A stretch of 63,209 bases of DNA, filler included, from Collodictyon triciliatum (taxonomy: Eukaryota): assembly GCA_043381765.1 (NCBI GenBank). It is 8 parts of 8 records of this genome, joined end to end, with 100 filler letters (N's around TTAATTAATTAA, not from the genome) between each part and the next. Parts side by side here need not be neighbours in the genome. Positions count along the whole stretch, not along the records: positions 60,320 to 63,209 come from JBHJMP010003267.1; 7 more parts are not named here. One strand, 5' to 3'. The notes under the pieces were generated by a model. It ran no database searches. It saw nothing but the letters and a program-made list of their open reading frames with translations, and had not been told where the DNA came from. The position numbers were made by a program, and so were the translations under genes. Below, piece by piece: positions 60,320 to 63,209 of this stretch (within the stretch, counting starts at the first letter, position 1; every line of letters starts with the position of its first letter).

Positions 60320-60867
60320 TTTGTTTTGTTTTGTTTTGTTTTGTTTTGTTTTGTTTTGTTTTGTTTTGTTTTGTTTTGTTTTGTTTTGTTTTGTTTTGTT
60401 TTGTTTTGTTTTGTGTTTCGGACATTGCTACTCCTGATCGATGTTTTCGGCATCGTCAAAGAGAACTCTGGTAGCCAGCCGACTTGGAGCGACAGCACAC
60501 AGCGAACTACATTTTTCGTGCTGCGCTGGAGTACGTGTTGCCTGCTGCAGTCTGTGTCTGTGTCTGTGTCTGTGATCACCGGCGGACAATGTCACCGATT
60601 GTTTGCGATTCGAGTGTTGTGGTGAGATCATTACAAAGGCCGACATAAGATCACAAACGGTTCTGTGGGACATTTGTGGAATTTAAATTTTCCAAAGACG
60701 GAAAAGGGCTTGGCGCGACAGAGACCGCAAAAAAATAAGAGGGTGTGTTGTGCTTTCGAGGTGCTTGCAGGTGTTATTTGTTTTTGTGTGTCAGAGTATC
60801 TTTATGATGGTATAAGATAATGTGCTGCAGCGACGTAAGATGTTCATTATTATCAATATAACAAGTT

Positions 60868-62031
60868 TCACCATATGCTTACTGACCCTTCGCTACTGTT
60901 AAGCATGTAAAGGCTTCCATCAATCCCAAACACAGCCGCCCGATAGTAGTCCAAATTCATCTCGCGGATTTTGATGCCAGTGTGGTCGTAGAATTCTACA
61001 ATTCCCTCAGAATAATTGCAAATTAAAAATCCTCCGTACGAACTTCTGGATAGGACCATATCACCAGATAAACCGAGGCTAATCGACCTGATGACATTCC
61101 CAAGGGGGCTTAAAAAATGAAGAACAGTTGGGTACTTCTGAAGCAGCATTAATTCTCGTCTTTCATTAAATGAAATACTATGAATGGTGACACTTTTTCC
61201 GATGACATAATTAGGAAAACGAAACGACCGTTCCACATTACCGGATATGTCTACCACGTAAACTCTTTGGGTGTGAATATCTGCGAGGTAAAAATTATCA
61301 TCTGCATCCACAGCAACAGAAGCGATACAATGTGTTTCCTCGTGGAATGTTGAATATTGTTCACTTGTCGCCTTGATAAAAACTCGCTTGTGCTCAGGGT
61401 CAGCTAGGACAGGTGTTTTCCCGCCATATAAAATCAGACAAGTTCCATCCGATGCTACTGCAATTCCATCAGGATACTCAATATTTGTTCGTCCGTTAGG
61501 CAACGGGTTAAAATAGATCAGATGTTCGAGCTCCTTGCTAAAAACATCAATTCGGTCTTTAAATTTGTTGCAGACATATACATCTCCTGACATTGGGTGA
61601 ATACACATTGCCCTTGGTCTATCAAAAAACCCTGGTCCTCGCGCCTTTTTTCCGAAAGTTTTTACAGGCTGTTTGATTGACGCAAGGTCTCTTGTTATAG
61701 GGTAAAAAGAAGAGCGAACCCAAATGAGAGCCGAATTTTTTATATCCTCAGATATTGTTATAGACGTGTGAAATGAAGCACGTATTCTGCTAGGGGTCGT
61801 GACTGGAGGAAGTTTTTGAGATAAAAGAAGAACAAGCTGTTTACAGATAGATGCATTGACAAGCAGCGATGCTTTCTTCATGTACGGTTGTTTTCCTTGA
61901 GCCTTTGGGTCATCATTTGCCTCGACTTGGGTTGCAAAACACTTCATCAACTTTAAGCGATCTCGGCTCCTATTCATTTCTATTTCTGAAACTGAAAGTG
62001 GCTTCACGAATCGGATCCTAGAAAAGTTCAA
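60868..62031 (-). CDS. NHL-repeat beta-propeller protein (large terminal exon; possible coiled-coil exons up to ~62546)
   Basis: 387-codon ORF with FGKKARGPGFFDRPRAMCI...GDVYVC...RIDVF, YPDGIAVASDG and VAVDADDNFYLADIHTQRVYVVDISG. Confidence 0.75.
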   Translation of the reverse strand: MNFSRIRFVKPLSVSEIEMNRSRDRLKLMKCFATQVEANDDPKAQGKQPYMKKASLLVNASICKQLVLLLSQKLPPVTTPSRIRASFHTSITISEDIKNSALIWVRSSFYPITRDLASIKQPVKTFGKKARGPGFFDRPRAMCIHPMSGDVYVCNKFKDRIDVFSKELEHLIYFNPLPNGRTNIEYPDGIAVASDGTCLILYGGKTPVLADPEHKRVFIKATSEQYSTFHEETHCIASVAVDADDNFYLADIHTQRVYVVDISGNVERSFRFPNYVIGKSVTIHSISFNERRELMLLQKYPTVLHFLSPLGNVIRSISLGLSGDMVLSRSSYGGFLICNYSEGIVEFYDHTGIKIREMNLDYYRAAVFGIDGSLYMLNSSEGSVSIW

Positions 62032-63166
62032 CTAAAAGAAAAATCAAGTAAAATGAATATGTTACAGTGGAATTGTTTAGAAAAAGATGCAGCTATCCTG
62101 CCAAACAAGTATAGAATAAATATGGACAACTTGCTATTAGTCGAAAAGGTCTCATCTAACTTGAGGGCAAATTAAAAAAAAAATGCGCGCTGGAGCTATA
62201 TACATGTATTTAAAATTCTTATATTATGCGTCTCTTCACTTCATCTGTGACGGCTGTGAGTAGCCGATCTACAAACGACTTGTTGGCGTCGAGCTTTCTG
62301 CGGATGTGATTATCTTCTTCCTCAAAAATGTCAGAGATCTGTAGTGATTACTATCATTAACTCAATATACCTCTGCTTCACTTTTCAAGTATTGCAACAG
62401 GCTGCAACACCCAGAATTATTCACAGAACTGGTAAAAAAAAAATATTGATTAATGAGTGTGATAGATGTTTATGTACAGCGTCGGCCGCTTCCTCAAACG
62501 AACGAAGCCTCTCCAGAGTGGTCTCGGCCAGCTGCCTTGTGTCCATGGGTGGAGGCCCTGGTGAAATGGACAACTGTCAGCTAGGCGGCAGGAATTGGCT
62601 TCTGTCTGATCCTTTGTGACCATCATTTTCGGAATGACCGAAGATCGTGGGTGGAATGAGCAGATTAAAATAAAACGACTTGTGGGTGGTTGTGAGCTGT
62701 CCATGCGGCGGTATATCCCAAGAAAACAAACATGAAAGCCACTGACACACTTAAAATATTCTGAAATATAGATTGATTAATATTAGTGCGTATGGAATGA
62801 TAAAAATGATAAAAAAAGGCTATTGATATTAAGAAAATATATATTCCAGTTCTAATAAGTTAAATCTTTGTCTTCATCCCGATCTGGAATCCCTCATCTG
62901 CGTTTGACAGTTTCTTTTGGGCTTCCTGGTCTTGCGGCTCGATCTCACAAACACAGAAACACAAATACGCAGCGACAATATTTGCGCGCACCCGTTGGGT
63001 AAGAGGAAACACATGACCAATCCGACATCGCCTTTACTTGTGAACTATAAACTATAAACTATGAACTATAAACAAGACGAGGCTGAAATGTGCGCGTATC
63101 ACTCACGTCAATACAACCAAACCCCGAGGGACTATCACTTTATTTTTTTTTTTGTTTGTTTTTTTT

Positions 63167-63209
<43 letters not shown>

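Overview
Eukaryotic (protist, probably amoeba-like; inferred from gene content only) nuclear DNA, standard genetic code, intron-dense and microsatellite-rich. The window is eight unrelated contigs (six of ~9 kb, one of 5.6 kb and one of 2.9 kb) joined by seven artificial 100-bp N-TTAATTAATTAA-N spacers, so synteny only holds within a contig. Most content is spliced housekeeping genes: an ARM-repeat protein, thioredoxin, methylmalonyl-CoA mutase 3' end, PFDN2, WARS2, CCT4, PSMC2, RBM28-like, TTC7-like, KARS1, PurD/GART, ODR4, a G-protein alpha subunit, UBL5, TFB1M, cystinosin, ATP-type PEPCK and an NHL-repeat protein. Highlights: (1) a decayed but near full-length Fanzor1 (TnpB-derived RNA-guided nuclease) locus at ~47.2-49.5 kb with the D-E-D RuvC triad still present and a hairpin-rich downstream region where an omega-RNA is expected; (2) a textbook U12-type AT-AC intron in the G-alpha gene; (3) a secreted DUF4114-like + Ig/cadherin-like repeat protein of bacterial-style architecture carrying a predicted spliceosomal intron; (4) a 40-nt acceptor-stem + T-arm tRNA-Gly-derived element with a TATA-like box and T6 terminator; (5) a tiny poly(A)-tailed insertion with a 20-bp target-site duplication. 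All family assignments come from motif recognition by eye, not database searches.
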